Assembly: GCF_009914755.1 (NCBI RefSeq) | Contig: NC_060939.1 | Source of the DNA: the human T2T-CHM13v2.0 reference genome, Homo sapiens | Length of the DNA stretch: 64,000 nucleotides | Direction: 5' to 3' (one strand) | Shown here: positions 1 through 13,697 of the stretch, piece by piece | Layout: every line of letters starts with the position of its first letter | Numbering within the stretch: the first letter of the stretch is position 1 | Notes under the pieces: model-generated | Seen by the model: the letters and a program-made list of their open reading frames with translations, nothing else | The model's database searches: none | What the model was told of the DNA's origin: nothing | Made by a program: the position numbers and the translations under genes

Positions 1-24
1 GATATTACTATGACATATTGATAA

Positions 25-195
25 ATTTTACAACAATACCCCCAATTAGGTAATATACTTATTTTTTACAGATACAGAAACTGACGGCTAGAGAGGCTAA
101 ACAAGTTTCCAAAATTAAACAACTAGTCAAGTGATATGGAGTCAAATTCAAGTCTGGATCTAGTTAATTTCACAGCCTTTCTATTCCATTGTAGC
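25..195 (-). mobile_element. MIR SINE remnant
   Basis: Antisense MIR core: tttacagatacagaaactgacggctagagaggctaaacaagtttcc. Confidence 0.6.
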
Positions 196-361
196 ACATT
201 GCAGCTAACACTCACAAGGCACATAGTGATAATAATCAAGATTTGCTGGATGCTTTTCCTGCTTAAGACCAGGAAAGAAAGAAATTTTGCCTACCATTGT
301 GTTAAAAATTTGGCTCTCAATGCCACTTGGGAGTTCAATGAGTGTCATCATATACTCAAGA

Positions 362-712
362 TATATGAGTCCATTCTCATGCTGCTATAAAGAAATACCC
401 GAGACTGGGTAATTTATAAAGGAAAGAGGTTTAATTGACTCGCAGTTCTGCATGGCTGGGGAGGCCTCAGGAAACTTACAATCATGGTGGAATGGGAAAC
501 AGGCACATCTTACATGGCGGCAGGCAAGAGAGAGGAGTGGAAAACACCACCTATAAAACCATCAGATCCTGTGAGAACTCACTATCACAAGAACAGCATG
601 GGAGGAGACCACCCCCATGATCCAATCACTTCCCTCTAAATCCCTCACTTGACACATGGGGATTACAATTTCAGATGAGATTTGGGTGAGGACACAGAGC
701 CAGACCATATCA
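362..712 (-). mobile_element. THE1/MSTA-type MaLR solo LTR
   Basis: gagactgggtaatttataaaggaaagaggtttaattgactc...ggaaacttacaatcatgg...gagatttgggtg...accatatca; flanked by 5-bp TSD caaga/caagg. Confidence 0.9.
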
Positions 713-869
713 CAAGGGTATTTTCATCTCTGGATGTATGGGAAGACTCCAGTTTCTTGACCTATCAGACTAGGACAAGATCAAGGTAAGTAAACCAAGT
801 CTTCTCCAAGTAGTAGCTATTCTTTACCAAAAACCCACTTCAATTGTCAACAGCTCCTTTGTCAAATTT

Positions 870-1450
870 TGCCTTGTGTTAAAATGCTACAGAGAACAGT
901 TGAAAATAATACAGCTCAAGAAAAGGCCATTGCACTTGGTTCCAGACAATCTGTAAACGAGCAGTCAGGACAGTGGTGAGGATATGAGTCAAACTGCAAA
1001 ATGCTAAGGAGTGAGAAGAGAGTGGGCAAGTTGAAGAAACAGGGAATGTGTGTGGCAGCAATGGGGATCCTGGCAGGAAACAACAGAGAAGCTAAACTAT
1101 TTTACAGTTCGAGATGCCTGAATGTGTTGAAGACCAGAGGAAAGGAGCTAGCAGAGAAGGAGACATACAAGATACAAGAAAGGCAAGTCTCAGAAGAGGT
1201 AGGAGGTAAGATCTCAGGAGAAGTGAGTAGGTAAGGGCTCAAAAACACAGGGGGAGGAACTAGCCTTGGCATGATGAATGACACTCTTACCCATAAATGG
1301 GACAAAAGAAGGAAAGGGGAGACTTATCATGGACAGGTTTTGAGATAGAGGAAATTAGAATCCCCAACATTAAAACAGAATTCCAGTTTTTCTCAATTTC
1401 TTTACTAAAGATTGCATGAAAGACTTTAGTAACTGCAAAGTCATAAGTCC
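870..1450 (-). mobile_element. Degraded L2 LINE fragment
   Basis: Purine-rich, antisense-L2-like text (gaatgtgttgaagaccagaggaaaggagctagcagagaaggagac); edges uncertain. Confidence 0.4.
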
Positions 1451-2254
1451 TAAGAAGTGGGTTTGAGGGTACAATTTTGGGTGGAGAGAGAAAGTAGTAA
1501 ATGCTATGAAGCTGCCAGTGGCCATGACTAGAATGCAAAAACATTCTATGTTACACAGAAAAAAGAACCGGATTGGATATGCTAAGGATCAGGGGCATTT
1601 GAAAGGAGAGAGGGGTACATTAGAGGGAGAATGGGTAGAAATACATAAGTTTTCTGTTTATGTCCATTGGGCCTAGGCTACATAAATGTGGAATTTTTCT
1701 TCCTTCACCCAGTACATTGAGGTGAGACACAATAAAAGCAGTTTGAAAACTATACAGGACCTTTGGTTGTTATGAAATATATGAGTGAGTAGATAGAGGG
1801 ATGCATGAATAGATGGATAAATGGAAGGGTAGAGAGATGGGTAGAAAGGCAAATACAATACTGAGATAGAGAAGAAAGAATAAAAACATATTTTATTGAC
1901 ATTTTTCAAATTTGACTCCTGATTGAAAGACTTATCAGTGCTGCATCATTAAGTAGGTGAGGAAAGTGGGAAGTACTTCGGTCTTTTCTCTTTCTAATTT
2001 GGCCAATATCAGGAAAGAGAATTAGAGAATGGCAAGGGGAGTTTTATCTGAAAGCGTTTATTTAGAGGAAGCTAAGAGCAGGAGTTACAGTGCAAATAGT
2101 GAGGGAGAAGAACCAAAGGCTTTTTAAACCCCATAGTTGAATCAGGTAGCCTTGCCACTACAGACCATAGAAAGGGAATTGGCACAAAAACTGTGAGTAA
2201 CTTCCATGAGAGACTGTAAAGGCTCCTCTTGAAGTAAAATAGAAAAGCATCATT

Positions 2255-2600
<346 letters not shown>

Positions 2601-2796
2601 TCAAGTTGAAATTAGAGAGATGGCACCAAATAAGCCTAAGGGTTTAGTGTTTCTAACTTACTTGTTCCAGATGTTATTGACTTAAGTTTGTAATGGCTCT
2701 GTAGATGATTAACAATTACATGTCTGTCTTGCTATGTTTTACTCTTTAAATTTATATTTCTATTTTTATGGGGAATTTTATTTTTTTAAAAAAATC

Positions 2797-3125
<329 letters not shown>

Positions 3126-3581
3126 CTATTTCTCGTTAGTCAAAATGGAAGAATTTTATTTTCAGGAGAGCAAAGTCATTCTTATTTAGGATAATTAGAA
3201 AAAGGGAAAATTGTGACATAAAGTCAGTGATGAAGAAGGAAAGAATATTTTTCATGATAAAGTCTTACAAAATATCTATATGCTTATAATACCCAAATTA
3301 ACAATGACAGCCTACCTTGCACCTCAGTTTGGACTTAAATATCCAGTTTCCTCACTTGGCTGCCTTACACACTTCTCAAATTTAGTATATCCAATACTGA
3401 ACTCCCGATCTGCTCTTCCAAACCTGCTCTTTCTACATCTTCCCCCCTTTCTATAAATAGCACTTCACTCTTAGTTTTTCAGGCCAAATATTATGGAGCA
3501 ATCCTGGACCTCATACTTTGCTCCATGTTCCTCATCTGATCCATCAAATCTTGTCCTTTCTCTTTTCAAAACATGTATCTC

Positions 3582-3893
3582 AGCGGGGCACAGTGACTCA
3601 CACCTGTGATCTCAGCACTTTGGGGGGCCAAGGTGGGCGGAGGGCTTGAGCCCAGGAGTCCAAAACCAGCTTCGGCAATATGGCAAAACCCCATCACTAC
3701 AAAAAATACGAAAATTAGCCGGGCGTGGTGGCACACACCTGTAGTCTCAGCTACTTGGGAGGCTGAGGTGGGAGGATCGATTGGGCCCTGGGAGGTTGAG
3801 GCTTCAGTGAGCTGTGATTGCGCCATTGCATTCCAGCCTGGGTGACAGAGAGAGACCTGGTTTCAAAAACAAAACAAAACAAAACAAAAAAAA
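3582..3893 (+). mobile_element. AluJ-type element with (AAAAC)n tail
   Basis: gcttgagcccaggagt, gggaggatcg, gagctgtgattg J diagnostics. Confidence 0.95.
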
Positions 3894-4024
3894 CTAGGTA
3901 TGGTGGCTTATACCTGTAATCCCAGCACTTTGGGAGGCCAAGGCTGGCAGATCACTTGAGGGCAGGAGTTTCGGACCAGCCTGGCCAATACGGTAAAACC
4001 CCATCTACTAAAATACAAAAATTA
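3894..4024 (+). mobile_element. Alu left arm only (S-type), abutting the preceding Alu tail
   Basis: cctgtaatcccagcactttgggaggcc...ctactaaaatacaaaaatta then L2 sequence resumes. Confidence 0.9.
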
Positions 4025-5425
4025 TCAACACAACAGTCAGAGTAAAACTTTTGGAGGATAAGCCATATCATGTCACTTGGCTGCTTATAATCTTCCCTTG
4101 GCTTCCCATTTTCCTTAAACTAAAAGCTTTACTGTGGCCTACAAGGACTTAGGGCCTGGCATTGGTACTTGTTGTTCTCTTTGCCTGCAATGTTCTTCAC
4201 CTTGGCCTCCCCAGAGCCTCATGGCTGCTTCCTCATTCTCCTTCAAGTCTTTATTCAAATGTCACCTTCCCAGTGAGATCTTCCTTGGTTACACTATCTA
4301 AATTGCAAACTTCCCTAAATTCCATTTTCCACTCCCTGGCACTCTCTGCCCCCTTTACCTGATTTATGTTTCTCCATAGCACTTACTACCATCTGACATT
4401 TATATTTTATTTATTTATCTTGGTTACTGTTTGTGTACTCCCACCAGATTTATAAGCCACCTAAGAGCTGGAATTTTTTTCTGTTTTGTTCATTGCTGTA
4501 TTCCTTGAACAATGCCGGAAGAGTAAGCAGCAGGCATTGAATAGTAAGCATTGAATAGGTCTTTGTGGGAGGAAAGAAGGAAGAAAGAGAGGAAAGAAGA
4601 AAGGGAGAAAAGGTGGGCAGGCAGGCAGGAAGGGCTTACAAATGTATTCCAATAATATCTCTGGAGTGATAAATATAAGAACAATTGTTGAAAGGTGAAC
4701 TCAATAATTCCTGAACATTAAATTCGAAAAGCTTAGGGCATTAAGAGAAGTATGAGACTCAAGCAAAAAGACTGTTTAGTATGCATACCTCTGAATACAC
4801 ACACACACGCACACACACAATGAATTTACAAGTCTTCTACTGAAACTGAAAAGGTTTCTACAGAACAAGAAATGATCACTGGAAACCCATCATACAATTT
4901 CGCTATTACTAGTTGAAAAATGTAAGATGTCATTGAGATTGCCATTGTTGAAGATGTCATATCCGTTGTTTTAGTTTAGTGAATACGTGACTATTTAGTG
5001 GGATTTTATAGAGGTGTTTTCTCTCTTGGCTCTCTAGTCATATTTTCCCCCTTAAGTCCCAAGTTTCTTAATTCTTAATTTCAAAATTTTCTTACATTAG
5101 CAGTTATCAACAACCAGACTCCTAAACTGTAGTGGGAAAACTGTATTCTGTTCTAAGACTAAAAATAAATGTCATCTGAATTATCCAATGCTGGCACTTA
5201 TGATTCTTCCATTAGTACAACTTCTAATGAGAGTTCATGCTGGGCAGGACTTCATCTCCTCTCAACCCACAAGAGAACAGATGATGCCACTATTATTTCC
5301 TTCTAATAGCCCTAAAAAATGTAAAAGAATAGCAAATCAAATTCAAAGAAAGCAACAGGAAGGAATTAATAAAGATAAGTGACAATTTATGAAATAGAAA
5401 AGACATATACAATCTAGAAGATTAG

Positions 5426-5787
<362 letters not shown>

Positions 5788-5867
5788 TTGACAAGCCACA
5801 GCTGAGACTGATCAAGAAAAAGAAAGACACAAATAAGTAATATGAGGAATGAAAAAAAGAGACATAT

Positions 5868-6162
<295 letters not shown>

Positions 6163-6324
6163 GATTAACAGAGAATGAGGATATTATAAACTCCTTTCTG
6201 TCTATATATTTTAATGATTTACATTAAATGGAGACATTCTTGGAAAAGTTGGACTCAAAAAGAAATAGAAAACTTGAATGCTCATAAAATTACAAATTGA
6301 ATTAATAGTTTAAAAAATCATCCA

Positions 6325-6450
6325 GTATTGGGAGGCTGAGGCAGAAGAATTGCCTGAACCCAGGAGGCGGAGGTTGCAGTGAGCAGAGAGTGCCCCACTG
6401 CACTCCAGCCTGGGTGACAGAGCGAGGCTCCACCAAAAAAAAAAAAAAAA
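6325..6450 (+). mobile_element. 5'-truncated Alu (right-arm part)
   Basis: gggaggctgaggcagaagaattg...A tail; perfect 13-bp TSD aaaaaatcatcca at 6312-6324 and 6451-6463. Confidence 0.95.
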
Positions 6451-7476
6451 AAAAAATCATCCAATGAAGAAAACACTAGTATCTGATGGCTTCTACAGCA
6501 AGTTCTAATAAACATAAGATACAGTTATTTTTATTTTTTACCCAAACCTCCAGAGAATAGGAAAAGAGAGGACATCCCCAGCTCATAAGAAACTAGTATA
6601 GATTCTAAAACTTCACAAGGACCATAGATAAGAAAGGTAAGTCATACGCCAATTTCACACATGATATCAATGCAAAAAATCCTTAAAAAACCATCTGAGA
6701 GCAAACTCCAATAATAATTGAAGAGGATAATAATATATTATGATCAAATGGGGATTATACCAGTATATAAGCTTAACATTTAATAATTAAATTTTTAGTA
6801 AACCAGAATTAGAAGTGAAATTCCTTAATCTGTAAAGGAATATATATTAAAATCCTACAGCAAATAACATACTTAATGGTAAAATATTAAAAGCATTCCT
6901 TTTAAGATTAAGAACTAGATGAGGACGCTTACCAGGACTATTTTCATTCAACTTTGTACTGGAGGTCTTAGACGATACAGCACCAAAAAATAAATAAAAG
7001 TTATAAGAAGTGAAAAGGAAGAAATGAATCTGTCATTATTCATGTATAACATGGTTGTATAAACAGAAATTTTTAAAAATCTACAGATAAATTGTTAGAA
7101 TTAACATGAATTTAGGGTGTTTCTAGATCCAAAATCAATGTATAAAAATCAACTGAGAGATATTAATAAAGATTTACATGTTTGGAGGAATATGCCAATT
7201 CAATAAATTTCCCCCAAATTTACTTATAGATTTAATGAAATCACAGTTCAAATCTCAATAGTTTGTTTTGGAATAATTCAAGATGATCATAAAATTCATG
7301 TGGAAATGCGAAAAGCTTACAAAACCTGAGACACTTTTGAAAAAGAAATCTTGGGAGGTCTTGCTATATCAGATTCTAAGACATTATAAAGCTATGACAA
7401 TCAAGATATTGTGGAATTGGTGCAGAGATAAACAAATAGACCACTAGGACAAAACAGAAAGCCCTAAAACAGACTC

Positions 7477-7509
<33 letters not shown>

Positions 7510-7750
7510 ATATAATATATATATTATATTATATATATAATATAATATATATATATAATATATATATTATATTATATATATAATATAATATATTATATAT
7601 ATATTATATATATAATATATAATATATATATTATATATTATATATAATATATATATATTATATATTATATATATAATATATATATTATATATATAATATA
7701 ATATATATAATATATATATAATATATATATTATATTATATATATATATAT
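7477..7750. repeat. Interrupted (TA)n tract, 274 bp with no G or C
   Basis: Read directly from the sequence; lies inside the L1 ORF2 remnant. Confidence 0.98.
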
Positions 7751-8591
7751 GAACACGTGATATTTGACAAAGGTAGCAAAGCAGAGTAGTGGGAAAAGGA
7801 CACATTTTTCAATTAATGATGCTGGAAAAATTGGGAATCACTTGGGAGAAACTGAAATTAAACCCCTATCTCATATAATATGCAAATAATAATTGTGGAT
7901 GGATTTTAAAACTAAATGTAAAAAACAGAGCTATAAAGATTTTAGAATATAGGAAAATATTTATGAGAAGGATTTCTTAAGACAGTAAAAAAATACTAAT
8001 CTTAAATTAAAAATTGATAAATTTTACATCTAAACTATATTTACCAAAGATAGCATTTGAAAAGCAAAAAGAAATTTTTGCCATAGAATGGGTGAAGCCA
8101 ATAGCCAACACATATAATTCATGAGGGCCTAGTGTTCAGAATGTATTTTTTAAAATCTTACACACCAGGAGAAAGATAACTCAAGAAAAGACTTGGCAAA
8201 AGACTTGGGCAGGGGCCTCATATAAGGGGAAATCCAAATGATTAATAAACACATGAAAGTGTAAGCAATCTCAGTTGTCGAGGAAATGCAAATTGTATGC
8301 CACTGTGACAAACCACTCCCTTCCTACTGGCACAAGTAAACAATAAGAACAATACCAAGGATTGATGAGCATAGAACTCTTATCCCTGCTGGTGAAAGTA
8401 TAAACTGGAAGCAGTACATTTTGGAAGCAGACCACCATCATCTCATAAAGTTGGAGATATGCAGAGTCTTTGATCCAGCAGCTCCACTCCTGAGTTTACA
8501 CCCTTTAGAATCATGGACTTATGTGCAGCAAGATACATTTTCAAGACTTCATAGCAGCATCGTTCTTAATAGCCTACAGTGGAACAACTCC

Positions 8592-8991
8592 ATATTAGTT
8601 AAGGTGAAGCTGGCTGATTCATTTGACACGATAAAATCGTTTATTTCCTACTCCCATGTTAGGCCAATGTGGATGCTCCCAATCAGGGTGTTCTTCTGGG
8701 CAGCTCTCATCCTACCGGTGATTCAGGAACCGAGGTTTTTTCTATCTTGTGGCTTTCCAGTCTTCTACACATGGTTTCCAAGGACACCCAGAGGTCACCT
8801 CTAGTCCACACGTGGGGGAGGGGGGTGGGGAAGATAATGGAAAATCATAGGTGGGAGGTGTGTGTGGGCAGACCAGACCCCATGGTCATACCTCACTGAA
8901 AGAAGGCTGACAAAGCCATCCAGATGTGCCCAGGAACAAGAGGTGCCCGGCAGAACACAGGGATGGTGATTCACTATTAATCTCTGGCACG
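8592..8991 (-). mobile_element. Old MaLR solo LTR, MLT1J/K/L-like, inserted in L1
   Basis: gtgattcaggaaccgagg...tctatcttgtggct, catggtcatacctcactgaaagaaggctg, tgtgcccaggaacaagagg, end tctctggcac; L1 resumes on both sides. Confidence 0.6.
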
Positions 8992-9691
8992 AGCCAAAAT
9001 GCCGAGAAACAAAAGAATGGATACGTTGTGATACATGCGTACAATGGGATGTGATTTGGCAATGGAAGTGAACAAACTACACCTACACCCAACAAGGATG
9101 AAAGTAACAAAAATAATGTTGAGAAGAAGCTAGACCTGAAAGAAGACTGTGGCTACATTTCTATCTACATGTACATAAACATATACAACTCAAAAACAGA
9201 CAAAACTAAGCTATATTGTTTAGAGAAGTATACAGAGATCACAAAAGAATAGGGAAAAGCAAGGGAATTGTTAGAATTAAAGTTGGGATAGTACCTCTGG
9301 GGGACGCCGGATTTGTGGTTGGGAAGGATACACCGGGGGGCTGGCAGTCTCCTATTTCTTGGCCTGATGGTGGCAGCTGTTGGGGTATTTATGCACTTTT
9401 CCTCACACATATTTTGCATCCACACACACAAATTCAAAATGCCAAATGTGTTTTTGACCTTCACATAAGAAGCCCTGCTATTTGGCACAGAGAAAACCAG
9501 TTTCCCTCTAGGTGGAATACCATCGCCCCTTGGAAAACCAAGCTTTCCTCTCTTCCCTACTGGAAACTGAGTGCCCTCCAGACCTAATTTTCTCTGATTT
9601 ACCATGTTGAAGGGGAAGAAAAATCTGTGCTCCCATTTGACATAATTGCCAAACACCCAATTTTGTTCCTGTAGGTCCCTATGTCAATGCT

Positions 9692-9723
9692 ATTATCTGC
9701 TGTTGTCTTCAACAGCAGATAAT
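9692..9723. repeat. Perfect inverted repeat, 14-bp stem and 4-nt loop
   Basis: attatctgctgttg-tctt-caacagcagataat. Confidence 0.95.
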
Positions 9724-11264
9724 TACTATCTCTTTCCCCAGTTGATGAACGGTTTCTGCCATCATCTAGTTTTGCAGTTAACGAAATGCCATTTTGCTAC
9801 TGGCGTTACTACTTCTCTCATGATCTCTTTATCTTTGTTTCCTATAGTAACTTGTAAATTCCAGTGACTCATATCTCTCTTGTTCCAGACACTTAACTTT
9901 CAAATCTGTATTTTCCACTCTCCAGTGAACAATTTGTTTTACATTCTATTGCATCTCCCTTTCATCATCCTTGAATTCTACAGCTGGGAAAAGCCTCCGT
10001 CCTGTTACCCAGCCCTGAACACCTTTGTTTTTCCATTTCACAGACTCAGGAATCCGTTCTTGGGTAGCGACTCAAACACTCAGCTTTTGAAGGTAGATAA
10101 TTTGAAGTATTTCCATGTCCCCTCGCATAAAAGGCGTTTGTACTGGTGTCCTTCAGCAGAAACTTCTCTCTGCCTCCTACTGAGATATCCAAAGGGCTGG
10201 TTGGCTTCCAGCCCTGGGTCCCAGAAATGGTGGCATTTCAGTGGCAAGATTCCCACTACCTCTTGATTGTGAAATGGATTGGAATAAAATGTGCAATGAG
10301 AAGGGGAGTAACATGGGGATAAGCAGCTTCGATTCTCCTTGGCTGCCTCCTGAAAAGGTTGGCTGCATCTTCTAGGTTACCTGTCAGACATTGGAGACCC
10401 TAAGTCTCCAAGTTCTAGAAGAGCAGAGCTTGGACAGTCTTTTCCCTCTCTCTTTCTTACTGCAGGAGCAACTGCTTTTAGTCACCCTTGGGAGGAATAC
10501 CTACTTGTGACAGCAGCCTGGGAGAGAAATGTTTTCGGGGTATTTTTCTTTTTCTTGTTTCTTTTTCCCTCTCCGAGTCAACTTAAGAAGGTCTCAGAGC
10601 TAGTTTTCAGGCTGTTTAGGGTTTAACACCTGTTATGTTAGTACAACTTGTAGGCACACCCTCTGATTAAATTACCTCTTTAGAGAAAAAGAAGCCAGCT
10701 GTAGAACTAACACTCATAAAACTAATGAGTAAATAAATAAGCAGACCCAAAAGTTGTGAAGCAATCCAGAAATCACCAAATCAAATACAATTTATTATTT
10801 GTCAGTTTCCACTGGTATGACTGAGGCTTGGCTATCATTTATTTTATTGAGTCTCTCCTGCAGATTAAAGCTCCCCATTCAGGACAGATGTTTTTAAAGG
10901 TTGTTCTGGGGAGGAGACTCAGGTTGCACCTAAGTGGGATTTTACGCAGAGCTTCCCTCACAGCTGACTTCCTTCCCCTCCCCTTTCTATTGTAAATTAC
11001 CTTGGACAAGCCTATGGTAAAGAATGTACAGCTATTTTGATTTTTAAATAAAGTCTTTTTTTATATGGCACTTACTACCTTCAAACACAGATCAGCAAAA
11101 CTAATGTAGTAGGTTACAAAAACCTAATCAATCTAGAATGATTCAGTTTATCACTTCGGGTCTTTCAAAAGATTTAAAATGTCAGAGTTGTAAAAAAAAA
11201 AAAAAAGCAAGATATTAAAAACTGTGCCAACTAAAACAAATATTTTGTTGTACTTACATATCTC

Positions 11265-11294
11265 AAGCATTAAAATGATATGATTTTAATGCTT
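11265..11294. repeat. Perfect inverted repeat, 12-bp stem and 6-nt loop
   Basis: aagcattaaaat-gatatg-attttaatgctt. Confidence 0.95.
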
Positions 11295-13427
11295 CTCATG
11301 ACAGCATCCTTAGTTATGCATGGGCTAATTGGAAAAACAACTTATTTTTAGGTAGGCCTATAGAAATGTTTCCCACAGAAAAACATTAAAATTTTCAACT
11401 GATAAAATGTATTGATCACATAAAGTCTCATCAATCCTATCAGATACTTGGTATTTTAACAGTGTTCTGAACCCTGAACGATTGCTTGGAGGCAAAGTAA
11501 TTAGAAAAGAATTGCATACTATTCACAATATCCATATTTTGAATATTTATTTTCCATATTAGAGGGGTTTTTTTCAAAGAACTTTTCCCTACCTGAACCA
11601 GATAATTTTTAAAATGTGTTTTCTTTATAAAAGGATAAATAGGATTACTTAAATCATCTTTCATAAATTAGCTACAGTCAGGAAATGATAAATTAAGGCT
11701 GCTAGCCACCAGGCTCTCAAATTAGGCATGCATGCACACAGGCACACATTAACTGATACGTTAGCAATTTTCACCTTAAATTGTCAGGATTGTCCTGGTT
11801 AATCTCACACACTGAATAATAACGTAAAGTGCTTTGGGTTGCAGTCACTTAGTTTGTAATAATGGTTGATGCCTCGTACAAATAATGCTTTTTAGGAAGC
11901 CTCACAATTTAACAGGGAAAAAAGGTTGAAGGAGGAGTGTTTACATTTCCCCCTATGTTTGATACACCCGCCTCTCCTCAAAGTGTCTCCTCTGATCAGA
12001 ATTTTAAAGCGTTCTTAAAATACATCATAAAATAAAATTTAATGTCAGTACGGCATTTGTGGACTGGGGAAGGGAATGTGTGGGTGGGGAGGTAGGTGGG
12101 GGAGGGAAAGGAGTTTAACAGCAGATCTTCCTTCAAAGAAAAAGGCAGGTTAGTGTCTTTTTCATGCTTACCCAGAGCAGCCAGCTTCTGCTCATCGGCA
12201 CCCCAGAACACACAGAATCTCTCCTCCCTGATCCCAACACTGGCCAGTGTACTCATTTCCCCCAGCCTGTGTGTTAGTGCAACCAGCTCGGGGTTGTGCC
12301 CTAAATACTGGAAAGTCACAAATCACTGGTTCAAATAGACCCGCTTCTTCAAAGGAAAGAATGGGGAGTGGTGAGGGAAGGAGGAGGAGAGATGCTTAAA
12401 GGGATTTACGACCCCCTTGGGTGATGGGTTTGGCACCTGGGCCATTATGCTTCGACAAGGACTATCTGGCAAGTAACAAGAGACATTGAAACGTACGAGG
12501 GGCCGATTAGGATGGTTCAATCTTCCCTGGATTAGTCAGGCATTTGATATAAATAAGTAAACACCCAAATCACCTCCACCACAGCCCAAAATGTCTTTCT
12601 CTCACTCTCTCTTTTTTTCACAGAGTGAAAGGGACTAGAGATTAGAAAAAGAGGTCTTGTGTATTCAAAGTGCTAATTCAGAACTTCTTTCTCTAATGCA
12701 CTCATGAAACATTTTAATTGTCTGACTTTGCATTCAAAAGCCTTGTTTGCAACTCCTAATTGCAGGCTGCTTTGAACAAATAATTGAAATGCATGACTTG
12801 TGGGGCCTGCTTAAACAATTATAATGTGCTTTGCCGCTACGTGCCGGTCCCCCTCCCAGCCCCATTCCTTTTTGCATAATGACAAGCAGCCAGCTTGATA
12901 TTTGCAGCCAAGTTAAAACCTTGCTAATTTGCTGTGCTGCAATCTGGGGCTGTGGCAGTGGCCATACCTGCATTAGTGCTTGCAACAGCAAAAATGGCTC
13001 TAATAGTTCAACTGAATGTTAAGAAGACCTTTTCATTTTCTGCTGAGAGAATCCCACTGGGGTTTTGTTTTCAAAATACAAATCTTTCATGTGCCTGTTA
13101 GTTTTGTATCTACACACAATTTATGAAGCTATTTCCCAGAAAACTCTCCCCAACCTGATTTTAACAGAGTCCTCAACAAACAGGTTCCTTCCTTTCAGGG
13201 GGCTCAGGTTTAGAAATGAAACAAGAGTGTCCAGATCCTGGGAATGCCCCATCACTGACCACAGTGGGCGGCTGAGGACCACACACAGGGATGCTGCCTC
13301 TGAAAAGGAGTCTCGCTTTTAGAATCTAGAACACGGTGCCAGATGTGCCTTCATTCTAGCCTCCTTGTCAGGACTCAGAGGCTTGAGGAAACTAAGATTG
13401 CATGCATTCACGTTTTGAACATTTAAG

Positions 13428-13697
13428 GTTTTTTGTTTTTGTTTTTGTTTTAATTGCAGTAAAATACACACAACCTAAAACCTAGCATTTTAAACAGCTT
13501 TAAGTGTATAGTTCAATGGCATTAAGTGCATTCACACAGCTGTGCTGCCATCACCACTGTGCATCCATACATCTCTTTTCATTTTGCAAAACTAAAACTC
13601 CATAACCATTAAGCCATTACTGCCTATTCCCCTCTCCCATCAGCCCCTGGCAACCACCATTCTACTTTAAGTCTCTATAAATTTGACTACTCTAGAT
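13428..13697 (-). mobile_element. L1MB-type 3' end
   Basis: T-rich tail, then taagtgtatagttcaatggcattaagtgcattcac...cagcccctggcaaccaccattctacttt...aatttgactactctag. Confidence 0.85.

Larger units (their letters stand above)
3330..4560 (+). mobile_element. L2 LINE 3' region, interrupted by Alus at 3582-4024
   Basis: ccaatactgaactcccgatc..., tcaaatgtcaccttcccagtgagatcttcc, and 3' end tgttttgttcattgctgtattcc. Confidence 0.75.

Noticed and set aside
760-792. Perfect donor AAG|gtaagt near 785 with a possible 17-nt exon
   Set aside because: Not frame-preserving, weak pyrimidine tract; isolated donors occur by chance.
8421-9656. ORFs of 123-163 aa on both strands
   Set aside because: They lie across L1 and MLT1 remnants, several use non-ATG starts, and none has a recognisable domain.
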